Below are positions 30,281-39,479 of a stretch of 64,000 bases of DNA, in pieces (position 1 is the first letter of the stretch; each line of letters starts with the position of its first letter). The translations under genes and the position numbers were made by a program. Below the pieces are notes generated by a model, which saw nothing but the letters and a program-made list of their open reading frames with translations, searched no databases and was not told the origin of the DNA. Source of the stretch: Bdellovibrionales bacterium (GTDB taxonomy: Bacteria; Bdellovibrionota; FAC87; UBA2466); contig SHZA01000001.1 in assembly GCA_009692515.1 (NCBI GenBank), positions 9,824 through 73,823 of the forward strand, in the 5' to 3' direction.

Positions 30281-31170
30281 TGAACGAAATGCCTAAAATA
30301 AGTGGTTTTACAATCGTTAGAAATGCAACAATTCTAGCGTACCCTTTTCGAGAGTCGGTACTCTCTATACTACCCCTTTGTGAAGAGTTTATTATTAACT
30401 GTGGAAACTCTACCGATGACACCGCTCAAATTGTAGAGCAGCTAGCAAATGAATATCCAGAAAAGATTAAAATACTTTTCACCGATTGGAGTCTGGAGAA
30501 CCCATACGGAGGATTCCAATTAAAAAAACAATCGGACTTAGCTCTACAACAAACCAAAGGGGACTGGTGTTTTTATATTCAAGCCGATGAAGTGATCCAC
30601 GAAGAGGAACACTCAGCTATTTTAGCTGCCATTAAGAAGGCTTCACAAAACCCAGATATCGACGGTATTCTTTTTGATTACCTTCACTTTTACGGAAACT
30701 TTTCCTACCAAATAAAAGGCCGCAATTGGTATCGGAGAGAGGTTCGAGCCTTCAAGAATCATCGTGGTATCGAGGCCTTCAGAGATGCTCAGGGATTTAG
30801 AAAAAATGGAAAACGAATTACGGTTATTTCCAGTACTGCAAGAGTCTTTCATTACGGCTATGTAAGAACGGTTGCATCCTTAAAGACAAAGGCTGAAGAG
30901 ATGGCTCAGTGGTGGGGTAAATCCGCCTCAGCTTCATCTGAAAATATTTCACTAAAACGGCATGTGGGCCTTTCTAAATACCTTAAAACTCATCCCAAAT
31001 GGATGGCAGAAAGAATCGCTGATAATAATATATACTGTGACCCCACAAAAGGAATGCGGTGTTGGAATAAAGATGAGTTTAAAAATATCATTACCTGGCT
31101 TTGGGAGTCTGTCGTACCCTATCGCATTGGGGAATTTAAAAATTATAAATTAGTGGTCGAAAAGAAATAA
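30280..31170 (+). CDS. Glycosyltransferase family 2-like protein
   Basis: ISGFTIVRNA..YPF.E, STDDT, YIQADE, FHYGYVR. Confidence 0.85.
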   Translation: MNEMPKISGFTIVRNATILAYPFRESVLSILPLCEEFIINCGNSTDDTAQIVEQLANEYPEKIKILFTDWSLENPYGGFQLKKQSDLALQQTKGDWCFYIQADEVIHEEEHSAILAAIKKASQNPDIDGILFDYLHFYGNFSYQIKGRNWYRREVRAFKNHRGIEAFRDAQGFRKNGKRITVISSTARVFHYGYVRTVASLKTKAEEMAQWWGKSASASSENISLKRHVGLSKYLKTHPKWMAERIADNNIYCDPTKGMRCWNKDEFKNIITWLWESVVPYRIGEFKNYKLVVEKK

Positions 31171-31190
31171 AAAAACCGGCCTTCAAATCG

Positions 31191-33914
31191 CTAATCTTCT
31201 AATTGGGTAACTAGAACCTGTAATTCAAATCTGCCCTTCGGAGTACTTCCACTTATTTTGTGAGTAGCATAAAGGCGATTAAAATTATTAACCGAGGCCT
31301 TCCCCATAAAAATGCTTGGGAGTGAAAGCTGAAAACTCATTCCATTTGCTTCTAATTCCTTCATGAGTTCACCGCCAATTTTATTACTGAGTTCATTGAG
31401 AGATTCAAAAAGATCTGTGGTGATTCTCTCCCCTTTACTCTCGGCAGCTTCTTGAGAATTCTGAAAAAGTGTATTCGCCAAGCCTAATTCATAACTTAAG
31501 AAAAGAACCATGTCGGGCCGATTTTCTACAGGGGCAGAACAGGAGATAATATTAGTAAGGCCACCTTCAAAACCAATTAAATCAGATTGAGACCATAGGG
31601 GATGATAGGTTATCGGAAGTTTAAGAGATTCAAACTGGGCCGCACAATATTTTTTGGCTACGTTTAAAACCATCTTAGTATTAAATGAAATATCAGAGGG
31701 TAAAAAGGGATAGGACTGCATCTCTTCAGGAGAACGCAAGTCTCCCACAAGATACATTTGAAATCCGTCTAGCTCTACTGAGTAGCAGTAGGTAGGTTTT
31801 CCTAATATTTTCAAGGGCTCTCCGTAGCCAAAATAGGTTAATGGAGAAAGGGCTCGAACCGATACCCCTTTGCCACCTACCTGCTCTGAGATCTCTCTTC
31901 CCATACTTTTTCCAAATTCACTTAGAGCTTCAACCTGATACTTAGCTGCCGTTTTGTGTTTTTTCCCGGTCACTCTAGGCATGATACAATTTTGAAAGGT
32001 GTCTTCAGGAATTAGCAGTCCTGCATACCCCACACGTTCGCCATTAAATTGAACTAGAGTACCGTAAGGCTGAGTGAGTGCTTTTTTAAAATCTAATTCC
32101 GGTCTGATCTTTAATTTCTGGTCTTTCGGCGAAAAACCCAATATTTTTTCCAAACTACTGAGATGATATTTCCCAAAAAAGAAATAGTTTTTTCCCTCAG
32201 TTTGAGTCGCAGCCCAGATAGACTGCAATAATTTTGCTTCTAAGTGTCGGACCTGAAATAACGAGTAGCTATTATTCTCTCGAAAAGACTCACACAAAGA
32301 CTTAATACAAACACCCGTTTCAACTATTAAATCTATTTGTGCTTCATCTAAAGGGGATCTCTTTTCTGCCACCAGGGTTAAAAGATCCTCATAATGATGG
32401 CATAGACTTGCAACTCGATTCCAATTTAAAAATCCTACGACCCCTTTAATACTATGCACTAGTCGATAGGCTTCGTCAGCCGCCGCAGGCTGTTTCTCCT
32501 TGGAAATCACTTGAAGACTTTGGGTTAAGCGATCTAAGTAACCTGTTAATTCATCAAGGAGGAGTAGCTTTTCTTCCTCTTCAATCACCTCTATTTCATT
32601 TTCAGTTTTAGGGCCATCGGCCACCGCTATTTTAATAGCTGAAAAATCTTCACTTAACGGGATTAACAACTCAATAGCCGTACCAAATGAGCTGCTGGAT
32701 AAAACACTCACGGTTCCCCCAATGGCCTCGACCCCTTTTTTTACAATATTTAACCCAAGGCCTCGTCCAGAATTAGAATCGGCTGAATCTCTTGTGGAAA
32801 ATCCCGGTTCAAATACTAAAGATGATAGTTCTTCCGATAATAAAATCTTTGATTGTTCTGAAGTAATTAATCCCAGGACGGTTGCCTTTGATCTAATTTT
32901 TTCAAAATCAAAACCGGCACCATCATCACTAATAATAAGTCGCAGTTCATTTTCCGAAAAGGCAGCCCGAGTTTTGATATTTCCTTTAGAGGGTTTTCCA
33001 ATCCTTTCTCGTTCTAACGGAGATTCAAGTCCATGATCTACAGCATTTTTAAACAAATGAAGCATCGGTTCATAAAGGTGATTTAAAAGAGATTTATCTA
33101 GATATAACCAGGTTCCCTGACTGAAAAAATCGATTTCTTTACCCTGCTCTTTGGCAAGTTCTCGCACCAATTTTTGCGCTGGAATAAAGAGAGATTCTAG
33201 TGGTTCTGATTTCATAGCCCGCATCATTCGTTTGACACGTTTTATCTCGGTTTTCATTTTAGCTCTAGCTTTGGGGCCGGTAAAAAGCTGTTGCTCTAAC
33301 TGTTCAATCTTTTTTAATCGTCGATAAACGGCCTCTAACTGAGAGGAGTAAACTCTGATTTTTCTGGGTTCGCGAATGGCTTGCCGACTTGAAATTTCTT
33401 CAAGAAGCTCGGGCGAAGAGGCATTTAAACTAAAAAATAATTTAAAGGATCCATAACGAGTTTCTACTGGGCAAACGTAACAGGAACCTCTATCCACTAA
33501 GACACTATAATTTTCTTGTAGACCGATTCCTTTTTTTAACTCGCTTTGAAAATCTTCAATGGTAAATTGTTTCTCTAGGGAACTTGCGAGTGATTCGAAT
33601 AGCACCAACAGCGCTGAGATTAAAGATTCTTTTTCTGAGTCTTCATTAATATTAAGTTTCTGATGAAATCCTTTTAATGCTGGAACATTGATCCCAACCG
33701 CAATGAAGCCCTCTAATTCACCCACCACTTTAGCATCCAACCAATAAGCAAATTTTTCATCTCCAGTTATAGGAGTCATTTCCCCAAATAGGACCTCAGA
33801 TTTTAATAAAGGGCAGAGAGCTTCAATCAAAACTCTAGTTAATAAGGTATAGACAGGAAATTCTTTAGCGGTTTCTAAAACCTGATAATCTAATTTTAAA
33901 ACAGAGGAGCTCAT
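31191..33914 (-). CDS. Atypical CheA-like histidine kinase: CheX-like / P3 / HATPase P4 / Hpt / CheX-like / CheX
   Basis: P4 motifs HLFKNAVDHG, DDGAG, FEPGFST, SGRGLG; Hpt YRLVHSIKG located after P4; C-terminal ESLNELSNKIGG...LSLPSIFMG (CheX ExxN). Confidence 0.85.
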   Translation of the reverse strand: MSSSVLKLDYQVLETAKEFPVYTLLTRVLIEALCPLLKSEVLFGEMTPITGDEKFAYWLDAKVVGELEGFIAVGINVPALKGFHQKLNINEDSEKESLISALLVLFESLASSLEKQFTIEDFQSELKKGIGLQENYSVLVDRGSCYVCPVETRYGSFKLFFSLNASSPELLEEISSRQAIREPRKIRVYSSQLEAVYRRLKKIEQLEQQLFTGPKARAKMKTEIKRVKRMMRAMKSEPLESLFIPAQKLVRELAKEQGKEIDFFSQGTWLYLDKSLLNHLYEPMLHLFKNAVDHGLESPLERERIGKPSKGNIKTRAAFSENELRLIISDDGAGFDFEKIRSKATVLGLITSEQSKILLSEELSSLVFEPGFSTRDSADSNSGRGLGLNIVKKGVEAIGGTVSVLSSSSFGTAIELLIPLSEDFSAIKIAVADGPKTENEIEVIEEEEKLLLLDELTGYLDRLTQSLQVISKEKQPAAADEAYRLVHSIKGVVGFLNWNRVASLCHHYEDLLTLVAEKRSPLDEAQIDLIVETGVCIKSLCESFRENNSYSLFQVRHLEAKLLQSIWAATQTEGKNYFFFGKYHLSSLEKILGFSPKDQKLKIRPELDFKKALTQPYGTLVQFNGERVGYAGLLIPEDTFQNCIMPRVTGKKHKTAAKYQVEALSEFGKSMGREISEQVGGKGVSVRALSPLTYFGYGEPLKILGKPTYCYSVELDGFQMYLVGDLRSPEEMQSYPFLPSDISFNTKMVLNVAKKYCAAQFESLKLPITYHPLWSQSDLIGFEGGLTNIISCSAPVENRPDMVLFLSYELGLANTLFQNSQEAAESKGERITTDLFESLNELSNKIGGELMKELEANGMSFQLSLPSIFMGKASVNNFNRLYATHKISGSTPKGRFELQVLVTQLED

Positions 33915-33916
33915 GA

Positions 33917-34297
33917 TTAAGCGGCCTCTCCTGTTTCCAGAGAAATATTCAGTTTTTTAATTGTATTTTGTAATTCTGATTTCAATACAGGTTTTTTCAG
34001 AAAAGCATTGGCCCCCGCTTCAAGCGCGGCTGTTTTATTGGCTACCGTGGGAGATCCGGTTATCATTACAATATTGACCCATCTATTTTCATACCTAATG
34101 GCTCTTAGAGCGGACAGTCCATCTAGTTCGGGCATGATAAGATCTAACGTCACTAGGTCGGGTTGCTGTAGAGCGACTAATTTAACAGCTTCATGGCCAT
34201 TCTGAGCCTGACCTATGACTTGGTGTCCTAACTTGGTTAAAAATTCAGCTAACTTCCTTCGAATACTTGAAGAATCATCCGCAATTATTACCTTCAT
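33917..34297 (-). CDS. cheY: Single-domain response regulator (CheY-like)
   Basis: IADD, TLDLIMPELDG, conserved T and KP. Confidence 0.88.
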   Translation of the reverse strand: MKVIIADDSSSIRRKLAEFLTKLGHQVIGQAQNGHEAVKLVALQQPDLVTLDLIMPELDGLSALRAIRYENRWVNIVMITGSPTVANKTAALEAGANAFLKKPVLKSELQNTIKKLNISLETGEAA

Positions 34298-34637
34298 ATT
34301 ACACCTTTATTCATTACCTTTTGTTATCGGAATAGATAGCTTCACCCTCAAGGAGTTTTCAGTCTTTTTTGATAAAAAATAAGAGCAGTTGTATGCCCTG
34401 AGCAACACAAAGAGGACGTATTGATGTGGCCTCTTGTGAGTCTTTTTTTATAATAAATAAGGGGGCGGGGAAATGAGAGGGCGGGCGGTGCGTTCCCGCC
34501 TCTCGGTGGGTTATAAAGGGGGATATTAGCAGAAATGAGGTTTGCCTTTTTTGCACCTAAGAATTGAATTCAAAATTATTTTTTAAGTTTTGCATAAAAT
34601 TTTATGGAAACCATTTCCTCCTCAGCTTTATTAACTG

Positions 34638-34653
34638 AGCAAATTCGGTGCCA
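34638..34653 (-). promoter_or_regulatory. sigma54 -24/-12 promoter facing the cheY/cheA-like operon
   Basis: Minus strand TGGCACCGAATTTGCT matches TGGCAC-N5-TTGCW. Confidence 0.7.
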
Positions 34654-34827
34654 TCTTTTTATAAAAAAATAGAGAGGGAAGGATCGGAAACTAAGTGACT
34701 TTTTGACACCGCTTTGCAGTCATGGCACTTTAAGCTTGGTGAATTTTACAATTTTGATTTTGTGTAAAAGGTGACTTTATTTGGAAGCTAAAAATAAATT
34801 ACCACTACTTGTAAGAAAGAATAACTC

Positions 34828-35880
34828 ATGTCTCAGTTTGATCCCAACGCAGCATCCAGTAAAAACTCCGGAATTTTTGGTTTAAATACCTCCTTTGAAG
34901 AATCTCGTCTTATTTTTTTACCGGTTCCGTGGGAGGCGACAACCTCTTATGGAGGAGGGACTTCAAAAGGGCCCAGAGCCATTTTAGAGGCTAGTCGACA
35001 GGTCGATCTTTTTGACGGTGAACTTCAAAATCCTTATGAAGCGGGACTTTATATGCTTCCTGAAGCTCAATGCATTAAGACTTGGAATAAAAAAGCAAAA
35101 AAAGAGGCTCAAAAGATTATTACTAAAGGGGGAATGATCGGAAAAAATAAAAGTTTAAAAGAATCTCTTAAAGAGGTGAATCAACTTGGAGAGAGGCTTA
35201 ATAAATTTGTATTTACCGAAACCCAAAATCTTTTAAGTAAAAATAAATATGTGGGAATCATTGGCGGCGACCATTCCGTTCCCTTTGGAGCCCTAAAAGC
35301 TATGGGTGAAAAACATGCCTCCTTTGGAATTTTACACTTTGACGCGCACTCCGATACTCGATTGGCGTTTGAAGGGTTTACCTGGTCACACGCCTCAATT
35401 ATGCACAATGTGTTAGAGCATATTCCGCAGGTAAAAAAAATAGTTCAGGTTGGAATCAGAGATTTTTGTGAACAGGAGTTTAACTACTGCAATGAGCTAA
35501 AGGGTAGAGTAGCTATTTTTTTTGACCAGGATCTTGCCAAAAGAAAATTTGAAGGAATCTCGTGGAAAGAAACGGTTTCTAAAATATTAGCTCCCCTTCC
35601 CCAAGAGGTTTGGGTTTCTTTTGATATTGATGGTTTAGATCCTAGATTTTGTCCCCATACAGGAACTCCAGTTCCAGGAGGACTAGACTTTAATGAGGCC
35701 GTTTTTGTGTTATCCTCTTTAGTTCGTTCGGGAAGAAAGATAATTGGCTTTGATCTCAATGAGGTCGCTCCAGCTCCTAGTGGAGATGATTCTTGGGATG
35801 CTAACGTAGGAGCTAGACTTTTATACAAGCTTTCTAGCTGGATGTTAGCTAGTCAGAATATTTTAAAGATTAAAGGGTAA
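34828..35880 (+). CDS. speB: Agmatinase/ureohydrolase family protein
   Basis: GGDHS, HFDAHSD, SFDIDGLDP, TGTPVPGG. Confidence 0.88.
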   Translation: MSQFDPNAASSKNSGIFGLNTSFEESRLIFLPVPWEATTSYGGGTSKGPRAILEASRQVDLFDGELQNPYEAGLYMLPEAQCIKTWNKKAKKEAQKIITKGGMIGKNKSLKESLKEVNQLGERLNKFVFTETQNLLSKNKYVGIIGGDHSVPFGALKAMGEKHASFGILHFDAHSDTRLAFEGFTWSHASIMHNVLEHIPQVKKIVQVGIRDFCEQEFNYCNELKGRVAIFFDQDLAKRKFEGISWKETVSKILAPLPQEVWVSFDIDGLDPRFCPHTGTPVPGGLDFNEAVFVLSSLVRSGRKIIGFDLNEVAPAPSGDDSWDANVGARLLYKLSSWMLASQNILKIKG

Positions 35881-35887
35881 AAAAATT

Positions 35888-36508
35888 ATGAGCAAATATC
35901 TTAGCCTTGATACTGAAGCCACAGGACTTGAGGAGCACTGTTTATTAATTCAGGTGGCCGTAGTCCCTGTTGATGGAGCTAAAAATCTCATTTTGAGTGA
36001 ATTGGGAAAAGAGGTTCTCATTCAATGTCCGAGTTTTGAAATATTAAAACCTACTTTAAGCGAGTGGGTCATTACTCATAATGAAACACTCATCAGAAAG
36101 GCTCATTCCGAAGGAATCTCTCCTCAGGCTTTTGCGCATTGGCTAAGCGAATATTTAAACTCTGAAAAAGTTAAAGCCTTCTTTGGCAATGAACGGCCTC
36201 TGTTATTAGGAAAATCGTTAAGTGCTTTAGATATCCCTCTACTTACCAAAAACCTAGGTAAGGCTTTTATGGATAAGCACTTTCATCATCACACCCTAGA
36301 TATTACCTGCGTAGGAAGATTCTTAGTCGATGCGGGCATTCTACCTCCAGAACACAGCTCAACTAGTCAACTTTTAAAGTTTTTTAATCTTCGAACAGAA
36401 TCGAACCATACCGCCCTAAGCGATGCTCTAGATATGGGTCAAATCTATTTAAATTTAGTGAAATTAATGGCTGAGAAGGGAATAAAACCTTTTACAAAAG
36501 AGGTCTAA
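35888..36508 (+). CDS. DEDDh 3'-5' exonuclease family protein
   Basis: LDTEATGL, LDI, HTALSDA. Confidence 0.8.
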   Translation: MSKYLSLDTEATGLEEHCLLIQVAVVPVDGAKNLILSELGKEVLIQCPSFEILKPTLSEWVITHNETLIRKAHSEGISPQAFAHWLSEYLNSEKVKAFFGNERPLLLGKSLSALDIPLLTKNLGKAFMDKHFHHHTLDITCVGRFLVDAGILPPEHSSTSQLLKFFNLRTESNHTALSDALDMGQIYLNLVKLMAEKGIKPFTKEV

Positions 36509-36590
36509 TCTTTCTTAATTCATCAAACGATTGAATTTTTAACTCTAAGCCTTTAAGGTCAGAAACAATATTTCGGGAGAGCTTAACGCC

Positions 36591-37772
36591 ATGTCGCTAT
36601 TAAAAAATTTAAATTTTTCAAAGATGAGTGAAGCATCTGTTAAATACGGAATCTCAAATGGAGATGAGCCGGGTCACTTTGGGATTTGGGCGCTTTGGGG
36701 AAAATCGAATCCTACAGAGGTTTTTAGAGTTATTGTTAGCGCTCATAGCTCTAAAAGTTCCCTAGTGGTGCCCATTGCTAGTTACACATTAGCTCCCACT
36801 CCTACTGAATCTTTTCTCCAATCGATTGAAACTTCTCAGGAATTGAAACAATTTTTAGTCGGTTCCGATCGTGCTAGCTCAGGCCAAGTCACCTTTCAAT
36901 TCTTATTAGCTAATGATGTGACTAAAACTATCACCTATTCTTTAGAACAGGCGATTAAATTTTTACGTGGCAAAGGATCCAAAGCACCCAAGTCGGCTTC
37001 TGTCATTTCCGGTTACTTAGTTAGAGACAGACAAGAGATCGCCGAGATTCCCCATAGTCAACTCAAAGCCTATACCGAAACTGTTAAAGCACAAATAGCA
37101 GACAAATTAAAAAAAGCAGAAGAGGAAAAACTACGAGTTGAAGAGGAAAAGAGGGCGGCTCTCGCCAAAGTGCAAGCTGAAGCTGCCGCAAAGGCTGCAA
37201 AACCTGTGGCCACAAAAGCTGAGGGAACAGGAGCGATAGATCGATCCAAACCTACACTTCTTGCCAGTAAATTGGCTATCGTCTTTGGTTCCTCAACTGG
37301 AAACACCGCCAATGTAGCTGAGTTATTAAAAAAGGAGTTAGGCGCTAGTGTAGAGCACCTTAAAAACATTACCGATCTGCACCCTGTCGATTTTACTGTT
37401 GTAGAAAATATTATTTTAGGAGTTCCTACTTGGCACATTGGAGAAATTCAAGAGGACTGGGCGGCTGTGCTTACTGAATTAAGAGCCTTAAATTTCACAG
37501 GTAAAAAAGTAGCAGTATTTGGTTTAGGAGATGCTAAGGGTTACCCTGATACTTACGTAGACGCGATGGCTGAGTTATTAGAGCCCTTTGAAAAAAATGG
37601 AGCTAAGCTGTGTGGATTGTGGCCTACGGATGGTTATGATTTTAAAAAATCAAAAGCACTTCGTGATGGAAAATTTTTAGGCCTCGTGATCGATATTGAA
37701 AACCAAGATAATCTCACAGACAAAAGAGTGAAGGCCTGGGCACTGCAACTTCAAAAAGAGATGGGAATTTAA
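36591..37772 (+). CDS. Long-chain flavodoxin with a ~220-aa N-terminal extension
   Basis: C-terminal GSSTGNT, GVPTW, FGLGDA.GYPD, W...GY.F..SKA, GLVID. Confidence 0.85.
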   Translation: MSLLKNLNFSKMSEASVKYGISNGDEPGHFGIWALWGKSNPTEVFRVIVSAHSSKSSLVVPIASYTLAPTPTESFLQSIETSQELKQFLVGSDRASSGQVTFQFLLANDVTKTITYSLEQAIKFLRGKGSKAPKSASVISGYLVRDRQEIAEIPHSQLKAYTETVKAQIADKLKKAEEEKLRVEEEKRAALAKVQAEAAAKAAKPVATKAEGTGAIDRSKPTLLASKLAIVFGSSTGNTANVAELLKKELGASVEHLKNITDLHPVDFTVVENIILGVPTWHIGEIQEDWAAVLTELRALNFTGKKVAVFGLGDAKGYPDTYVDAMAELLEPFEKNGAKLCGLWPTDGYDFKKSKALRDGKFLGLVIDIENQDNLTDKRVKAWALQLQKEMGI

Positions 37773-37990
37773 AACCCTCTCTTTTCGAAGCTAGATCATT
37801 TTCTATAGCGCACCATTAATGCGCTTAGCGTTAATAGTAAATCTAACTAAAACGTGACAAAAGCTTAACTCTGCGACCAGAATAATAACTAACTGCTGCT
37901 ATTAATAGGTTAATGCACAGTTTGTAACCGTTGGTATTTTAGTTCAAGTTCAAATTCAATAAGCAGGTACTTTAAACATTGGGGGAATGA

Positions 37991-39337
37991 ATGAAGCGTC
38001 TAGGTATAGGTCTAATTATTACGTCATTAAATCTGTTTGCAGCTAATATTGCTATTATTGATAGTGGTATTGATTACAAGCACCAAGAACTAAAAAACAA
38101 CATGTGGACCAATTCTGCTTCTAAAACAGTAGATGCAGATGGAACTACTTATCAAGATGATACTCATGGTTGGAATTTTGCTGAAAGCAATAACCAAATA
38201 ATCGATTATAAATACCTGGGAACCTTTTCTTCCGATTGCACCAAAATTTTTGACGTCCAAGCAAAGATCCTTAAAGGCACTGCGACTGAAGAGGAGAAAA
38301 CTTGGTATACGGCCAAAAAGAATGATCCTGAATTTTTAAAGGAGCTTCAAAAATTTGGAAACTTTGTTCACGGAACTCATGTTTCTGGAATTTCTGCAAA
38401 CCAAGCAGCAAAGGCTGAACTTGTCGGAGTCAAACTAATTGCTACAGAACCTCCAGGGGCTGCTGAAGTGACTAAGTTTTTAGAGGACAACAAGGTTGAA
38501 AATTCCGATCTACGTGTAGACAATCCTATGGTTACCATGTTTTTAACCATGATGGCAGAACGGCAAGCCACTATGTTGACCACCACGGGAAAATACGTAG
38601 GAGCTGTGAAATCTGAAGTTGCTAATGGCTCTTTCGGAGTCAGTGCCACTGCAGTAAAGCCTATTGTTAAAAACTTAGTTAAACAAATTACAGGAGCCGA
38701 TCCTACTGAAGAGGAGCTAACGAGCTATACTAACTTTTTCGTGAATGAAATTGCGAAAGGTTGTTTAGCTTTTGTAGGCGCTGCACCCAATACTCTTTTC
38801 GTATTTGCTGCGGGCAATGATGGAACTAACAATGACATGATTCCTGCTTCACCGGCTAATGTGAAAACAGATAATACAATCACAGTCGCAGCTAGTAATG
38901 GGGTAGCCTCTTTAGCTATATTCTCCAACTACGGAGAAAAAATGGTTGAAGTAGCAGCACCCGGGGTTGCTATTCTTTCTACAGTTCCTGGTGATGCTCA
39001 TTTAGCTATGAGTGGAACAAGTATGGCAGCACCTTTCGTAACCAACGTAGCTGGACTCATTAAAGATGGTAACCGAAGTTTAACGCCTACCTCTATCAAG
39101 AAAGTTTTGATGGAAACTGTTGATGTTAAAGACTTTCTAAAGGGTAAGGTCACCACTTCTGGTATCGTCAATAAAGATCGTGCAGTGAAAGCGGCTGAAC
39201 TTTCCAATACCATGTCCTTGAAAGCAGCCATCACCATTGCAAAACGTTCGGTAGCTGATGAATCTGCTAATGTATGGAATACAAGAACAGTGTCTGAAAA
39301 AGATCTTCTTGTATTGCCACTACCTAGCCTATTCTAA
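37991..39337 (+). CDS. Secreted S8 subtilisin-like serine protease
   Basis: IIDSG, HGTHVSG, AAGN, SGTSMAAP; signal peptide. Confidence 0.95.
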   Translation: MKRLGIGLIITSLNLFAANIAIIDSGIDYKHQELKNNMWTNSASKTVDADGTTYQDDTHGWNFAESNNQIIDYKYLGTFSSDCTKIFDVQAKILKGTATEEEKTWYTAKKNDPEFLKELQKFGNFVHGTHVSGISANQAAKAELVGVKLIATEPPGAAEVTKFLEDNKVENSDLRVDNPMVTMFLTMMAERQATMLTTTGKYVGAVKSEVANGSFGVSATAVKPIVKNLVKQITGADPTEEELTSYTNFFVNEIAKGCLAFVGAAPNTLFVFAAGNDGTNNDMIPASPANVKTDNTITVAASNGVASLAIFSNYGEKMVEVAAPGVAILSTVPGDAHLAMSGTSMAAPFVTNVAGLIKDGNRSLTPTSIKKVLMETVDVKDFLKGKVTTSGIVNKDRAVKAAELSNTMSLKAAITIAKRSVADESANVWNTRTVSEKDLLVLPLPSLF

Positions 39338-39350
39338 ACACTAAAAATTC

Positions 39351-39390
39351 AAAAACCCCTCTAGTCCGAGTGACTAGAGGGGTTTTTTTT
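39351..39390 (+). terminator. Intrinsic terminator after the subtilase gene
   Basis: aaaaacccctctagtc-cgagt-gactagagggg-tttttttt. Confidence 0.9.
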
Positions 39391-39479
39391 GTCTTAAAAC
39401 TCACCAGAATCCTTTTCAACTTAAAAAAACGAGTTAATATAGCGAGGATATAATTTTTTAACAAAAGAAAATACACGCC

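Noticed and set aside
34535..34556. Minus-strand AAAGGCAAACC resembling a c-di-GMP-I riboswitch start
   Set aside because: No GNRA-capped stem or GACGCAAA segment follows.
34359..34556. 65-aa minus-strand ORF upstream of cheY
   Set aside because: GTG start without a clear RBS, runs through hairpins, and has no recognisable motif; not supported as a CDS.
34646..34725. GGTGC...AGGGAA resembling a cobalamin riboswitch
   Set aside because: The GGTG.AA.TCC T-loop, the GCCACTG motif and the B12 box are missing.
37931..37948. TTGGTATTTTAGTTCAAG as a sigma54 site for the subtilase
   Set aside because: Lacks the conserved -12 GC.
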